A stretch of 64,000 bases of DNA from NCBI RefSeq assembly GCF_006345805.1, contig NC_043000.1, forward strand, positions 4,774,001-4,838,000, in the 5' to 3' direction. Position numbers and translations under genes: made by a program. The notes below the pieces were generated by a model. It saw only the letters and a list, made by a program, of their open reading frames with translations, had not been told where the DNA came from and did no database searches. This DNA is from Octopus sinensis. Its lineage: Eukaryota. Below, one piece after another: positions 12,855 through 27,110 of this stretch (position 1 is the stretch's first letter; each line of letters begins with the position of its first letter).

Positions 12855-13250
12855 CTGTCTTTAAGTTCTGAATTCAACTTCCACCAAGGTTGACTTTACC
12901 TTTCATCCTTTCGGGGTTGATAAAATAAGAACGAATTGAGCACTGGGGTCAATGTAATTGACTTACCCTCTCCTCTGAAGATGCTGGCCTTCTGCCAAAA
13001 TCTGAAACATTATTATTATTACTACTACTACTACTACTACTACTACTAATACTACCATTAAGGTGGCATGCTGGCAGAATCGTTAGCATGCCAGGCAAAA
13101 TGCTTGGTAGCATTTCGTCAGTCTTTACATCCTGAGTTCAAATTCCGCTGCGGCCAACTTTGCCGTTTATCCTTTTGGGGTTGATAAATATCAGTCGAGC
13201 ACTGGAGTTGATGTAATCAACTGCTCTCACTCGTGCTTTTAGTAAAAAGA
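12855..13250 (+). mobile_element. Two tandem SINE A copies
   Basis: Head-to-tail copies separated by (ATT)/(ACT)n. Confidence 0.75.
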
Positions 13251-13257
13251 ATTATTA

Positions 13258-13720
13258 TTGAGTGAGAGAGCAGTGCATGCCATCAAAGTGACACTGGGGT
13301 ACAAATATATGAAGCCCAATATACCCATCATGATTACCTATCCTGAAAAGGTATACAAAGCACAAGCATCTCAGTCATATGTACATAACATGGTGACCCC
13401 ATATCAAGATAGACAGCACATGACCTTGCAGGTGGGGTCCAGTTAGAATTTTCTTCAGGTTAAGTAACCTATCCTGCTCAAAAGGTCCCTGAATAAGGGT
13501 TGTTTTAGGATGTGAAATGAAACACCAATGTTTCCAGAGGTGAATCATTCAATTCTCAAAGAATTCCTCTCAACATATGGCTATGATGCCCCACCACTAC
13601 TTCTGCTCATGATCAGAGATGCACATGTCATCAGCCACTAAGGGACATGCTCAAATGGTTATGGTCAAACAACTGACAAGCTAATCTGTGGTATTGAGCA
13701 GAATATTTACACCAAGACAA
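13258..13720 (-). mobile_element. Interspersed repeat family F, ending in an (AAT)n tail
   Basis: Inverse of 2515-2850. Partial copies at about 18810-18910 and 55165-55330. Confidence 0.7.
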
Positions 13721-13796
13721 AACATGTACATGATAACACTTCCAATCAGTTAACACCAGAAGTCATGACAGCCAATACCTGGTACTGCATCAGGGC

Positions 13797-13799
<3 letters not shown>

Positions 13800-13844
<45 letters not shown>

Positions 13845-14050
13845 CATATTCATTAGCATCTTCTTTCAATCGAGTTTCCATTTCTTGCTGAGTGTCTTTC
13901 TGACACCCAGGGCAGAGAAACTCAATGTATACATTGGTAGGCCATTAAGATAAACACACCAGATTGTTCATTTACAAAGTCATGTGATAGAGAAAAAGGG
14001 GAAGACTATCATTATTATTATTATTACTATTATTATTACTACTACCATCT

Positions 14051-14081
<31 letters not shown>

Positions 14082-14268
14082 TATTCTTATTCTTATTATT
14101 ACTATTATTATCATTATTACTATTATTATTATTATTACTATTATTATTATTATTATTACTATTATCATTATTATTTTTATTACTATTGCTATTATTATTA
14201 TTACTATTACTATTATTATTATTATTATATTATTATTATTATTATTGTTATTATTATTATTATTATTC
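13800..14268. repeat. (ATT)n microsatellite tracts
   Basis: Direct reading (13800-13845 and 14010-14268). Confidence 0.95.
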
Positions 14269-15375
14269 TGTTGCTAAGTAATAGTGGCTACATTCCACTA
14301 ACTTGAAACAAGTAAATTATCAGCAATTTGTTTCAATGAAATTGGGTTAGACAAAAGCCAAATTCAGCTCCAATAGTTATTGTTATGCATCTAGTCTGAT
14401 GAAGTGAGGTACTTAATGTGTCACTACAGAGTTAATTATTCTTTAATACAAAGTAACTGGTCAAGAATTGATCAAGATATTAAGAAAACAACAACAACAA
14501 CAAAATGATGATAATGATCATCATCTTAATCAAAATAGTGTCATGAGTCTCTGCAAAATTATTGATTCATAGAGACACCATTCAAGACTTTATTTCGACA
14601 TAAGATGTGCCTAAGACAGCTAAGATTCAAATAATACTCGTGACAAAATTTGAAGACTAGCAAAGCAGTAATAGCCACTGCTGCTTTGTACACTGGTTAG
14701 TTGTCTTTACTCTTTTACTTGTTTCAGTCATTTCACTGCGGCCATGCTGGAGTACCGCCTCTAGTCGAGCAAATCGACCCCAGGACTTATTCTTTGTAAG
14801 CCTAGTATTTATTCCATCAGTCTCTTTTGCCGAACCGCTAAGTACAGGGACGTAGGCACACCAGCATCGGTTGTCAAGTGATGTTGGGGGGGGGGGGCAA
14901 ACACAGACACACAAACAGAAATATATATATGTATACATATCTACGACAGGCTTCTTTCAGTTTCCATCTACCAAATCCACTCACAAGGTTTTGGTTGGCC
15001 TGTGGCTATAGTAGAAGACACTTGCCCAAGGTGCCATGCAGTGGGACTGAACCCAGAACCATGTGGTTGGTAAGCAAGCTACTTATCTCACAGCCACTTG
15101 TTTGCAACACAGCAGACTCAAACATTTAAAAAATAAAGTATCTTGGCCATAGATATATAGTGCTGGTGGCCGGGTATAGACTGTCTATATTTTGACAGGA
15201 TAATCCATGAGAGTATCAACTATCACCGCATCTCCAGTCAAATGACAACATAACCAGATTAATATCAGTTTTCAAATCATTGAGAAATCAGTGAGATCAC
15301 TGAAATTATAGAGTATCAAGTTAGTGTTTGACAGTATTCAGTTGTATTTCTTACATACTCTGCAATACTCTAGTT

Positions 15376-16081
15376 TAGTGTTTCTCAACCATTTTTTACC
15401 TATGGACACCTTTGATTCCTCTCTCTCTCTCTCTCTCTGGCTGGGTAATATTGTACTTCCTCTACAGGAAGACACCTGTTCTTGTCTCCCTGTCTCACTA
15501 TAACCTTTCATCATCCGAAACAAGATCACATCCTCCAATAATGTCCCCTCCCCTCTTGAAAGTTAAAAAAAATTTTTTTTCATTTGTCTTGCAAGTACTT
15601 GGTGACCCAGTCCACACTGTAAAGTGGTTGGTATTCGGAAGGGCATCCAGCTGTAAAAACCTTGCCAAAAACTGACCTTGCCTGTGCTTGTGCCACATAA
15701 AGAGCACTAAGTCCACTCTGCTGAGTGGTTGGCATAAGGAAGGGCATGGACATACAGCTGTAAAAATTCTGCAAAAGAAGTTGCAGAAGTCTGGTGCAGG
15801 CTTCTGCCTGGCTGGCTCTTGTGAAACCATCCCACCCTTGCTAGCATGAAAGGCAGATGTTAATTGATGATGATGACGATGATGATGATGAACACTCATT
15901 TGATGTTTAAGAAAATCCTATTATATCTTTATAATCAAATATTATTAGGAATTGTATGAAATAAATTGTTAAAACATTTTCTGTATTGTAGAAGTACAAC
16001 CAATTTATTCCATGTAAATTTTAACAGCAAACTCTTATGTGGACCCCCAAGGGCCATATGGATCCCTGTTGAGAATCATTG
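15376..16081. mobile_element. hAT-type non-autonomous element containing an RTE 3' insertion
   Basis: Ends TAGTGTTTCTCAACC and GTTGAGAATCATTG. Imperfect 8-bp TSD CTCTAGTT / CTCTAACT (NTCTARAN-like). Confidence 0.65.
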
Positions 16082-19011
16082 CTCTAACTGAACCATTTCA
16101 TTACTCACTTCTCATACATGTAATTTCAACTTATAGCACAAATGCATGTGCAGACAAGCAGAGATATGGTTTTCTGATGTACTACCGTTGTTATAATTCA
16201 TGAATATGAAACCTTTGCCTCAATCATGACTTACAGGTATCATTAGGTATTATGTGATATTTTCATCTGCTGCAATTACTTTAATCAATTTTACTCTCAT
16301 CTCCTTCAATTTTGTGCCTAATCAAGAGAGATCACTTCTGCTCTTCTTTCCTTCGCCAGCTTAATAATTACTTAATTTTGATTAGACAATTACAGCTATA
16401 ATAGAGTGGCTGCAATTAGATTGGGAAATAAAGTTCACTTTACCAGCTGCTAACATATTAAAAGGTAAGTAAGCATTTCAAGAATTATTCTAACATTACA
16501 TACAATGGTGCTGATGGAAGCGACATGAGTCCATCACAGGATTCCTCCTTTTTGCCAGCTGAGTGGACTGGAGCAATGTGAAATGAAGTGTCTTGCTGAA
16601 AAACACAGCACATTGCCTTATGATCATGAGTCTAACACCCTAACCACTAAGCCACATGTCTCCACTTTGCTTCTGGTAAGACACGATGGAAAGTATGCTT
16701 GAGGACTCTAATCCCATGACCCTCTCAAGAAAAAGTGGGCAAAGAAGATGAGACGAGTGAAGAGAAAACATCCCAGAGAGGGCATTATGCATACTAAATA
16801 CACATGCAAAAGGGTCCTACATATGTAATATAATGACATTGTCCAGGTATTATCAAAACTACTCAAAGTCATGGAAATAGGAACATGTAGCCTAAAACAA
16901 AACATTCCAAAATATACTGATATAAGAATAAAGATTTCTTTTGCTTGACCACAAAAAGCCCTTTTTATTTATTTATTTATTTTTGTAAAATGACTGTAAT
17001 GAATTGGAATAGGCCTAGCAGAGTTCATAAGCGTGAAGCATAAAACTGCTCTACAAACCATTAAATTTATATTCCATTGCTTTACACTTTGTGTTAAACA
17101 TTTTTACTTTACTACATGTGAATAATGATCTCATGTAATTAGAGGAAATGAGTTTTGAAGTGTGTCATACATGTCTTTTGAAAGGATAAATGAATTTATA
17201 TCATCTTTCTCATCTCCCTGTGAACGGTATCATCATTCCTAGCTTGCTGCCAGCATCTCCCAACCTTCCCAACTCATGCACCTCCCACCCCCTTAGCCAT
17301 CCACACTTCAGCCCTCTACAATCTTTACAGATGTTCCCCACATTCTTCCATTTTCTCTATTTTGTCCTTACCATACACTCTTAAAAATCCTCATTCACAG
17401 ACACACACACTCCTGGCTTCTCTGTTCCTACTCATTTCTACTCACCTCATACATGAGGGACCACCTGGACACCCCATCACCACTATTTATTTCTCTGGAG
17501 ATTCCACCAATTCATTCTTACTCTCACCCCCTAAATGTGAGTAGCCATGTAGCCCTTCTACAAGAACCTTCTCTACCCCAGCCTCTTTGCTCAAACCAAT
17601 AGAATAAGTACTCAGCTTAGAAAAAAAAATGCCCTGTAGTTGGTTTGTTCAGCTAAAACCCTTCAAGGTGGTGTTCCAGCATGGCCACAGTCAAATGACT
17701 GAAACAATTAAAAGAATAAAGAATAAAAAAGTTTGAGAAGGCCTGCAAAAATCATGGGCACAGCTCTTGACAAATTGACTAACACAAAAATAAAGAAAGA
17801 AAGAAATGTATATCCTACCAAAAGGGGCCAACAATAAAACAAACTAAATGGTATCTTTTACTTTTTTCACATATTAGACTGTGGCCATGCTGGGGCAAAT
17901 GAATTGACCCCAGTACTTATTTTCTTAAGCCTGGTATTTATTCTATCGATCTCTCTGGCCAAACTGCTAAGTTATGGGAACATAAACACACCAGCACTGC
18001 TTGTCAAGCGGTGGTAAGAAACTAACACATACACACACACACACATGAAGTGCTTCTTTCAGTTTCCGTCTACCAAATCCACTCACAAGGCTTTGTTCAG
18101 TCCAAGGCTATTATAGTAGATGACACTTGCCCAAGGTGCCATGAGGTGGAACTAAACCCAGAACCGTGTTGTTGGAAAGCAAACTTTTTACCACATAGCC
18201 ACAATCCAAATTTCAAAACTGGATTGCTAAGTGAGAATTAAGAGAAGCATTCATTTTTGCATTAGTTTCAAGCTTCAGATAAGCAGCGAAAAACCAATGT
18301 GAATCTTCCTTATTTATTGTTTACACTATGGAGCCTCTAACACGTTGTAAACAAAATGCTAGAGTTACATAATATACGCAAAAGATAAGAATTTAAAACC
18401 TTGAATAACATAATAATGACTGTGAATAAATTCTAGGTTTCCACTGTGGATTACTAAAGAAGAATCAATAGAAGTGTTCAAGTTTACATTAGCTCCAAGC
18501 TTTGAATATATAAAGAAAGAGAAAAATAAGAATCTGTGTTACTTACATTTTTAGTGATTGTTAGACTTACATAATATAATTGCAACTAGACTGCAGACTT
18601 GGCTGGTTCAACAAGAATCTATGTAAAACTAATGACTTCTTAGGTTGACTTGAAATTTTAGACTCAAACCAATGTTTAGTCACAGTTTTAAGCACCAAGT
18701 TTTGTCCTTGGGCAGCAATGGTCATTTCCTATTTGCTGACCCTTAGATAGTATGACAAATGGCTAACATATCCTTCAAACTTTGCATTTATAACATTTAT
18801 TCAAACCACAAGGAATCCCTCTCAACACATCGCTATGTCGCTTCCCCACTACTCCTGCTTATGATCAGAGATGCACATACTGTCAGCTACTAATGGACGT
18901 GCTCCACTGTCTTGTATAAGGACAGGATATATTAGATTAATGTAACATTATGAGCCCCCTAAAAAACATGGGATGGTGATGGTTAGAATACCTTTAACAT
19001 AGGCTTGTTAA

Positions 19012-19230
19012 CCCTTCCGTTACTGTATCATTTTGAGATGCTCTGTGTTTCTTTCAATTATTTTAAATATAACAAAGAATTTAGTAAAACAACTTAGTTA
19101 TCATTCAGCTAGTGTTAGGAACATAAATTGTGACTAAGGTTTGGTGGTAGATTTTAATTCAAAACTTATGAAAACAAGTCATTTGTACTCAGAGCCAGAG
19201 CCAGTTTCAGCCGGGTTGGTAACGAAAGGG
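19012..19230. mobile_element. piggyBac-type MITE
   Basis: TTAA|CCCTTCCGTTAC ... GTAACGAAAGGG|TTAA; 219 bp. Confidence 0.85.
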
Positions 19231-19489
19231 TTAATCAGGGTTACTCCTGGGAGCTAAATGATGACGACATGAAGCCTCCATGAATGCAGTCTCCCTATTG
19301 CATCACAATGATTATATTTTCAGCAATATTTTCAGAATGATAACAGCACATGTAGAAATGAATTTGATGAAATCCTTTCAGAGGAAAGCAATTTGTTTCA
19401 TCTAAATTGTCAGCAATTATCAAAAACTTGGCCAATTAGGTGAAGAGTAAGAACTAATAACAACAACAATGACAAAAATAATAATCATA

Positions 19490-19525
<36 letters not shown>

Positions 19526-19691
19526 GTGCTGCTGCTGCTGATGACGATAAAAGCTGTTTGCAGAATTTCCTAAAGTTCTCAAATTAAGTAATTAAAAGCT
19601 TGAGATATTGATTGTGCACGATACAGTTTGAAGCGTTTTCTTCTCTTAAACTTATTCTTTATCATCATTACACTTATTATTATTATCATCA

Positions 19692-19761
<70 letters not shown>

Positions 19762-20235
19762 CGTTGTTGTTGTTGTTGTTGTTCACTTTTTGGTTTTATA
19801 GGATGATATGTCACACTTTGTTGCAATTAGGATCCATTTACAAGTAGTAATCTTGCATGTCGATGCCTTTTTAATGCTAATTTGATATGGAGCTAACCTT
19901 AGATCATGGGAGAGTGATTTAGGTAGAATCATTAAAGTGATATTTATTCTGGCTCTTTACATGCAGAGTTCAAGTTCTGCTGAGGTGAGGTCAACTTTGC
20001 CGTTCAACCTTCCAGGTTTGATAACATAGATATGCCAGTCCATGGTGGTGGATGAGTGGTATTGTTAGATAGTCAAACAGAATATTGTGTAGAGTATGTT
20101 CTGTGTGGTAAGAAGATTGCTTCCCAACCACATGATTCCAGGTTCAGACCCACTGAGTGGTACCTTGGGAAAGTGTCTTCTACTATATCCTTAGGTTAAC
20201 CAAAGCTTTGTGAGTGGATTTGGTACACAGAAACT

Positions 20236-20319
<84 letters not shown>

Positions 20320-20641
20320 GATACATACACACATACATACATATATATATATATGCGTGCGTGTGTGTGTGTATGTCTTTGTGTCTGTGCTTACAATCCC
20401 ATAACTTAGTGGTTCAGCAAAAGAGACCAATAGAATAAGTACTTGGCTTAAAAAAAAAAGTCCTGGGGTCAATTTGACTAAAACCCTTCAAAACAGTGTT
20501 CCAGCATGACTGCAGTCAAATGACTGAAACAAATAAAGGAATATGTTCTGAGTTCAAATCCTGCTGATGACAGTTTTGCATTTCCTCATTCTGGGTGGGG
20601 AGCCAATAAAATAAAGACCTGATCAAAATACTGGAATACAG

Positions 20642-20691
<50 letters not shown>

Positions 20692-21616
20692 GACTAGGAT
20701 TAGTGACAAAAATGGCATCCAGCTGTAGAAAATTCACCTCAACAAATTCTACCCAACCCGTGTAAGTGGACGTGAAAACACTGATGATGATGATGATGAC
20801 GACGATGATGATGACGACGATGATGATGATGATGATGATAATGATGATGATGATGATGTAGCCTGCTACAAATATCAGCCAAATCTTCTTTGAATCCTTA
20901 CACTCTACTGCCACAACTTTCAGGTTATGCTGGGTTAAGTGACCAAAACTCAAGAAAGAATCAAGATGTTATAATCAGATTACATATATTTTGGTTAAAA
21001 AAAGAAGACAATATTGTCATTTTGTTTACGTATTAAGAAATTAGAAACTTTGAAAGACAGGGAAAAAAACCATTTTTAAGTATGGAACTCAAAGTAGATA
21101 AAGCTATAAATTGACAATCGACAAGTCCCATAGTCCCTTGGGGGTCACTGGGGTGCTGCAGCCATGCAGTGTATCTAGGATGAGAAAGCCTGGTAGAGCC
21201 CATCCCACTCCAGGCTAAACTCATTTCTACAGCTGAGTGGAGTGGAGCAATATGAGATGGAGTGTTTTCCTCAAGAATGCAATGGATTGCCTGGCCCAGG
21301 GACCAAAACCACAATCTTACAGTCGTGAATCCAACACCCTAACCACTTAGTGATGTGCCTCCTCCAGTGGTATTCATTTCTACAACTGAGTGGACTGGAT
21401 CAATGTGAAGTGTTTTTTCACAAGAACACAACACACCACCCAGTCCAGGAATCGAAACTACAATCTTACGATTGTGAGTCCAACAACCTAACCACTAAGT
21501 CACATGCCTTCATGCTGTAAATAATAGAATGTAAATATTGGTTTCAGAAACCTCTTGGATGGAATGAGTTGAAGGCTGCCTTCTTGACTAAAAAATATTT
21601 ACTTACTATTATATAT

Positions 21617-22015
21617 AACTTTATCAAAGGCATTGAGCTGGCAGAATCGTTAGCATGCTGGGTAATATGGTTAGCAGCATGTCATCTGAGTTCAAATTCT
21701 GCCAAAGTTGACTGTGCCTTTCATCCCTTCAGGGTCAAAAAAATAATTACCAGTTGAGCACTGGGATTGATGTAATTGACTTATCTCCTCCTCTGAAATT
21801 GCTGGCCTTGTGCCAAAATTTGAAACTATTATCTAAAGCGTTGAACTGACAGAATTATTTGCATGTTAGACAATATGCTAAGCAGCATTTCATCCATATT
21901 TACATTCTGAGCTCAAATTCCAATAAGGTTGACTTTGTGTTTCATCTTTTCAGACTTGATAAAATAAGTACCAATCAAATACTATGGTTGATGTCTTTTG
22001 CCAAAATTTGAAATT
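21617..22015 (+). mobile_element. Two tandem SINE A copies
   Basis: Repeated gagctggcagaa..gagttcaaatt..gactttg units. Confidence 0.75.
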
Positions 22016-23632
22016 ATTATTTATAACTGTAATAACTGTAGTTCCTTGCTTAAAAATGATTTATTTCACATCTCTTAATGTTTCTAAAGTCTCAAGATAT
22101 AAACATACAATACTTGCTGGTAAAGAACAAAGCTTTTAAAATGGATGGAGAAATTTGAAGGGTTGCTTTGGTTGAATCGTTCAATACTGTCATTGTTATT
22201 ATCTTACAGGAGTTGGCAGAATTGTTAACATGTCGGATGAAATGTTTAGCAGTATTTCTTCTGGTTCATTACGTCCTGAGTTCAAATTCTGCTGAGGTTG
22301 ACTTTGCGTTTCATCCATTTAAAATCGATAAAATTAAGAATCCATCGAACACTGGGAGATGGTGTATTTGACATTAAGAGTAAAGACCCCCTTCAGTCAG
22401 GAATGACCATGGGATTCCACCTAGAAAGTTACCCTCCGAGCTACAAGTGCAGGCAAGGTTGTTTATGGAAAACCAGCAGTCACCCACACATACTAGCCTC
22501 CTTTCTCCACGCCACTGATGTTATCCAAGAGAAAGGCAAAGGCTAATACAGCTTGGCACCAGTAATGTCGCAACTCATTTCTACAGCTGAATGAACTGGA
22601 GCAACGTGAAATAAGGTGTCTTACTGAAGAACACAACACAGGGCCCTGTCCAGGAATCGAATTCACCACCTCATGATTGTGAGCTCAACGCTCTAACCAC
22701 TGAGTCATGTGCCTTCACAATCAACTTAACCCTCTTCTAAAATTATTGGCCTCGGCCTTTGAAACTGTTATTATTATCGTGTAGTATTTAATCCAGCTCC
22801 TTATGTTCTAAGTTCAGATCTCACCAAGTATAACTTTGCCTTTCATACTTACATATTAGATAGGATAAAGTACCATACAAGTATCAGAGGCAATGATATT
22901 GATTAAACTCCTTCTGCCAAAAGTGCTCTGCCCCCATCCACATTTTGCAATCAAATTCTGTTGCAATTGAGTTTATATTCCTCCAAATGGAGTATTATTT
23001 GAAGATTAGGTTGTTATTTCTAGCAAGTTGAGCAATGATGTAGTGGCTCCATTGTTGACTCACCACTGACACAAACAGGGGTCCTTCAATGGTAAGCCAA
23101 AAGTTCATTTATTAACAACGGCAGAGAAAATATAAAACAAAGTCAAAACTTTTCAAACTTAACTTCAGTAACACAAAAAAGAAAAGGAAAAAAAAAAGAA
23201 AAAAAGAAGAAGCAGCTACCCAAATCCAATCCGGCATTAGACAATTAGCTGAATGATTGCCGGTTCATATCCTGTTATGGACTGAAGTACTTCCCTTTCA
23301 ACAGCTGAACTAAATACACTCCAAATAGGAACAGCAGGATGGTATGATTCATTACTATAAGCAGCCAAACAAGTAATTTTTTCTATTGTTCAGATCCATG
23401 TACAGCTCAAATCAAACAGAACTACTATCAAAGAAGTTCCAGCTCTGACCATTTGGTCTTTTTGTATACCAAGAACTACATAATCCAGAGTGTTATACTT
23501 ATATAGCGTATACTTTTGAAAGAGATTTTGCTGCTATTTCTAATATGGAAGTCTCAGAGCTGACTTGTATTTTTGTTTGCTTTTTATAATGACTTCAATT
23601 CATCAAGTCAAGCTATCTGCAACGTGTCTCAC

Positions 23633-23686
23633 CATTATATCTTGGTGAAGAAATTGCAAACGAAGAAGCTAAAAATATGACGATCT
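23633..23686 (-). other. Candidate 54-nt internal exon
   Basis: ctgctttttcttAG|...ATG|GTGAGA; one open frame, IVIFLASSFAISSPRYN. Confidence 0.25.
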
Positions 23687-24189
23687 CTAAGAAAAAGCAG
23701 AGTTTCATTATTCTGAGATAAAAAAAAAAAAAAAAAAAAACAAAACAAAAGGACTGCATAAAAAAGATCAAGTTTTGTACACAATTTACAAATTAATCTT
23801 AAGTTTTAGAATATCCACATTGTTTCTACGGCAACTAAACAAAGGACAAAACAGCAAACAAAAGTACAAAGTATCTAATTCTGCTATAATGGAAGGAAAG
23901 GAGGAGTGGTCTTTCATCAAAAAGCAAAAAGGAAAAAGAAAAAAGAATAATCATTGTTATGTGTGACAAGCAGGATTAGTTTAAGATAGCAATCTGTGCA
24001 TCATACTTAAAGCAGGTACATCACTGAAAGCCTAATTTACTGCAGTATTCATTCTGAGATATCTCTTATAGACATACAGTGTAAAAAACCACAGATAGAT
24101 ATCAGCAGTAGATGAAATTCACCTAGTAGCAGTTGTGGCATTGCTACCACAGAATACTGGCTCATTGTGACATCAGTGATTTTCAATGT

Positions 24190-24439
24190 GAAAGGTAGGA
24201 GAGTCCAGTTTGCTGGACATTGTTGTAGAGCTGAAAAAGAGGTAATTTCTACTCTTCTCCTCTGGAAGCCATCTACTTGCAATACCAGAGGGTACACACT
24301 CTCCTACCCTGATGTAATCTCCAGGGATACAGGCATCCAGCAACAGGACCTCCGTAATGCCATGATGGACTGTGAAGTCTGGTGTAACATAGTAAATTCC
24401 ATTGTCTCGACCACGGTCGAACAATGATGATGATGATGA
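24190..24439 (+). mobile_element. 5'-truncated RTE-type LINE with (TGA)n tail and 13-bp TSD
   Basis: RRVQFAGHCCRAEKEVISTLLLWKP. TSD TGATTTTCAATGT at 24177-24189 and 24440-24452. Confidence 0.85.
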
Positions 24440-25463
24440 TGATTTTCAATGTCTGTTTTACTATATCAGTAATGGCTGGTTTTGCCTTAGCAAGCAGCTG
24501 CCAATGGATACTTGCAACTGATGAAGCATAAAGAGGCAGAAATGTACATTTAACAATGCCACCTCAACTGCTGGATCATTTTCATCTGCTACTTATGTAT
24601 ATCTGAGTTTTTTAACACTGTATGTCCACAAGAGATATTATCTCAGGATGAATACTGTGGTCAGGGTTGTTATTTCAAGGTTCATAACCACACATCCACA
24701 CTGGCGTATATAAACAGACCAGATAACAAGATATCAGCACCAGAAAAATGTGCTCATAATGTAATCCTTTCAGACTGCTAAGACATAGATCTCTCTCTCT
24801 CTTTCGTTTGTTGTAAGATCAGATTTTGGCCTCCAGTAAGAAAACACAAAATGATTCAAAAATGTCTGCAAGAAAGACATGAAGTTATTGAACATTAACA
24901 GTGATAACGAGAGAACATAGCAAGCAACTGGTATTATTGTCATGTAGAATATGGTAGAGGTTTAACGCTTGAGTATTTAAACTCATTAAGACCATAAAAC
25001 CCGGCACTCGGACATATTAGTACAATTCAAATCAGAAGGAGATGATCACCTTTATAGATGCACTAAAAAGATGCTCAGCCGAGATGGGATTCTTTCAGGC
25101 AGTCCAAGAATTCACATACTTTGGCTTCACTGACATGGACACTCAATCCCTCACTAGAATCTGAGATCAGCAGGTGGAGTATATATGTAATATATATATC
25201 ATCATCATCATCATCATCATCATTGTTTAACGTCCGCTTTCCATGCTAACATGGGTTGGACGGTTCAACTGGGGTCTGGCAAGCCCGAAGGCTGCACCAG
25301 GCCAGTCAGATCTGGCAGTGTTTCTACAGCTGGATGCCCTTCCTAACGCCAACCACTCCGAGAGTGTAGTGGGTGATTTTATGTGCCACCGACACATATA
25401 TATAATATATACATATATATAATATATACATATAATATATACATATATATATACATACATATA

Positions 25464-26692
25464 CAGGGGCTGGACAAAATAATGGAAACACATAGCACCA
25501 TAGCATCATAATTTTGAAATATCTATAGAACCATCAAAAGCTTGTAAATTATTATTTTTTTTGATTTATTATTAGTGTTCCTTAATATGTTTTGCTGTTT
25601 CTTTTCAGATATCATCAGAAAAAAGTAATTAAAATTCATTAAAATGACAGATCTATCTGACTTTCAAAGAGCTCAAATTGTTGGTGCTCGTATGACACAT
25701 TGCTAGTGTAATGAAAACAGCCGAAATGTTAGGTGTATCAAGAAGTACTGTCTTGAAAGTAATGACAGCCTTTAAGAAAGATACAAAATCCTCCTTGTCA
25801 AAACAAAACTCCAGAAGAAAACCAAAACTTTCAGATAGGGACTGTCGAACTCTTATGTGAATTGTTAGAAAAGATCACAAAAGTACTGCTCCCAAAATTA
25901 CTTCAGAGCTTAATGATCACCTCGAGAACCCAGTTTCCACAAAAACTGTTCGCTGGGAGCTGCAATAAAAAAACCACTACTTTCAAAAACAAACGTTGCA
26001 AAGTATTTAGAGTGGAGTAAAAATCAATAGAATTGGTTCCTAGAGCAGTAGAAAAATGTTATTTTCTCAGACGAGTCATCCTTTACCTTATTTCCGACCA
26101 CTGGCCAAGTATGTGTGTGGAGACGGCCAAAAGAAGCATTTGACCCAGACTGCCTTCTTCCAACTGTTAAATATGATGGAGGATCTGTGATGATCTAGGG
26201 GACTATATCTTGGAAATCCACTGGCCTAATGGTTTCCCTTCATGGCAGAAATAATAGTCAAGACTATTTTATCTGATTAAATACATTGTATGATTGTGAA
26301 ACTGTTTCTGGAGGGAAACGCAATCTTTCAGGATGATAATGCACCAATTCACACAGCTAAAATTGTTACAGAATGGCACGAGGAACATTCTAGTGAAGTT
26401 GAACATCTTAATTGGCCACCACAGTCCCCAGGTCTCAATATTATTGAACATTTATGGGGCATTTTAGAAAAACAAGTCAGGAGTCAATATCCTAAATCAT
26501 CATCACTACAAGAACTGGAGACTATTTTAGCTGAAGAATGGACAAAAATTCCTTTGGAAACAATTCAAACTTTGTATGAGTTCATACCTCATAGAATTCA
26601 AGCTGTAATTACTGCCAAAGGTGGTCTTATCCCATATTAAAATAAATTTGCTTGAAATTTTAAGGTGTTTCAATCATTTTGTCCAACCCATG
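25464..26692 (+). mobile_element. Tc1-like transposon with DD36E spacing (Incomer-like), decayed
   Basis: TA-CAGGGGCTGGACAAAATAATGGAAAC left TIR and a matching degenerate right TIR. ATG at 25644 (MTDLSDFQRAQIVGAR). FSDES at 26064-26078. FQDDNAPIHTA...WPPQSPGLNIIEHLW, with 36 residues between D and E. Stop at 26640. Confidence 0.9.
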
Positions 26693-27012
26693 TGTATACA
26701 CACACACACACACATATATACATATATATATATATATATATACACACATAAATATATAGATATATAAATATATGTATATACATACATACATATATAAATA
26801 CATGTACACACACACACACATATATATATATGTATATATGTATATATATATATATAATATTTTATATATATATATATATAAACATATGTAGTTGAGGTGT
26901 CGAATCGTAGCCCCTCTTCCTTGTGACTCTATTTATTATTTCCTTTTTATACACACACACACACACACACACATCCTATTCAGAAAAATATTACATGAAG
27001 TTTTTGTAAAAA

Positions 27013-27110
27013 GAAAAGAAGAAGAAGAAGAAGAAGAAGAAGAAGAAGAAGAAGAAGAAGAAGAAGAAGAAGAAGAAGAAGAAGAAGAAGAGAAGAAGAA
27101 GAAGAAGAAG
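27013..27110. repeat. (GAA)n microsatellite
   Basis: Direct reading. Confidence 0.98.

Noticed and set aside
16708-16905. 65-aa minus-strand ORF with an acceptor-like site
   Set aside because: No homology recognised and no supporting neighbouring exons.
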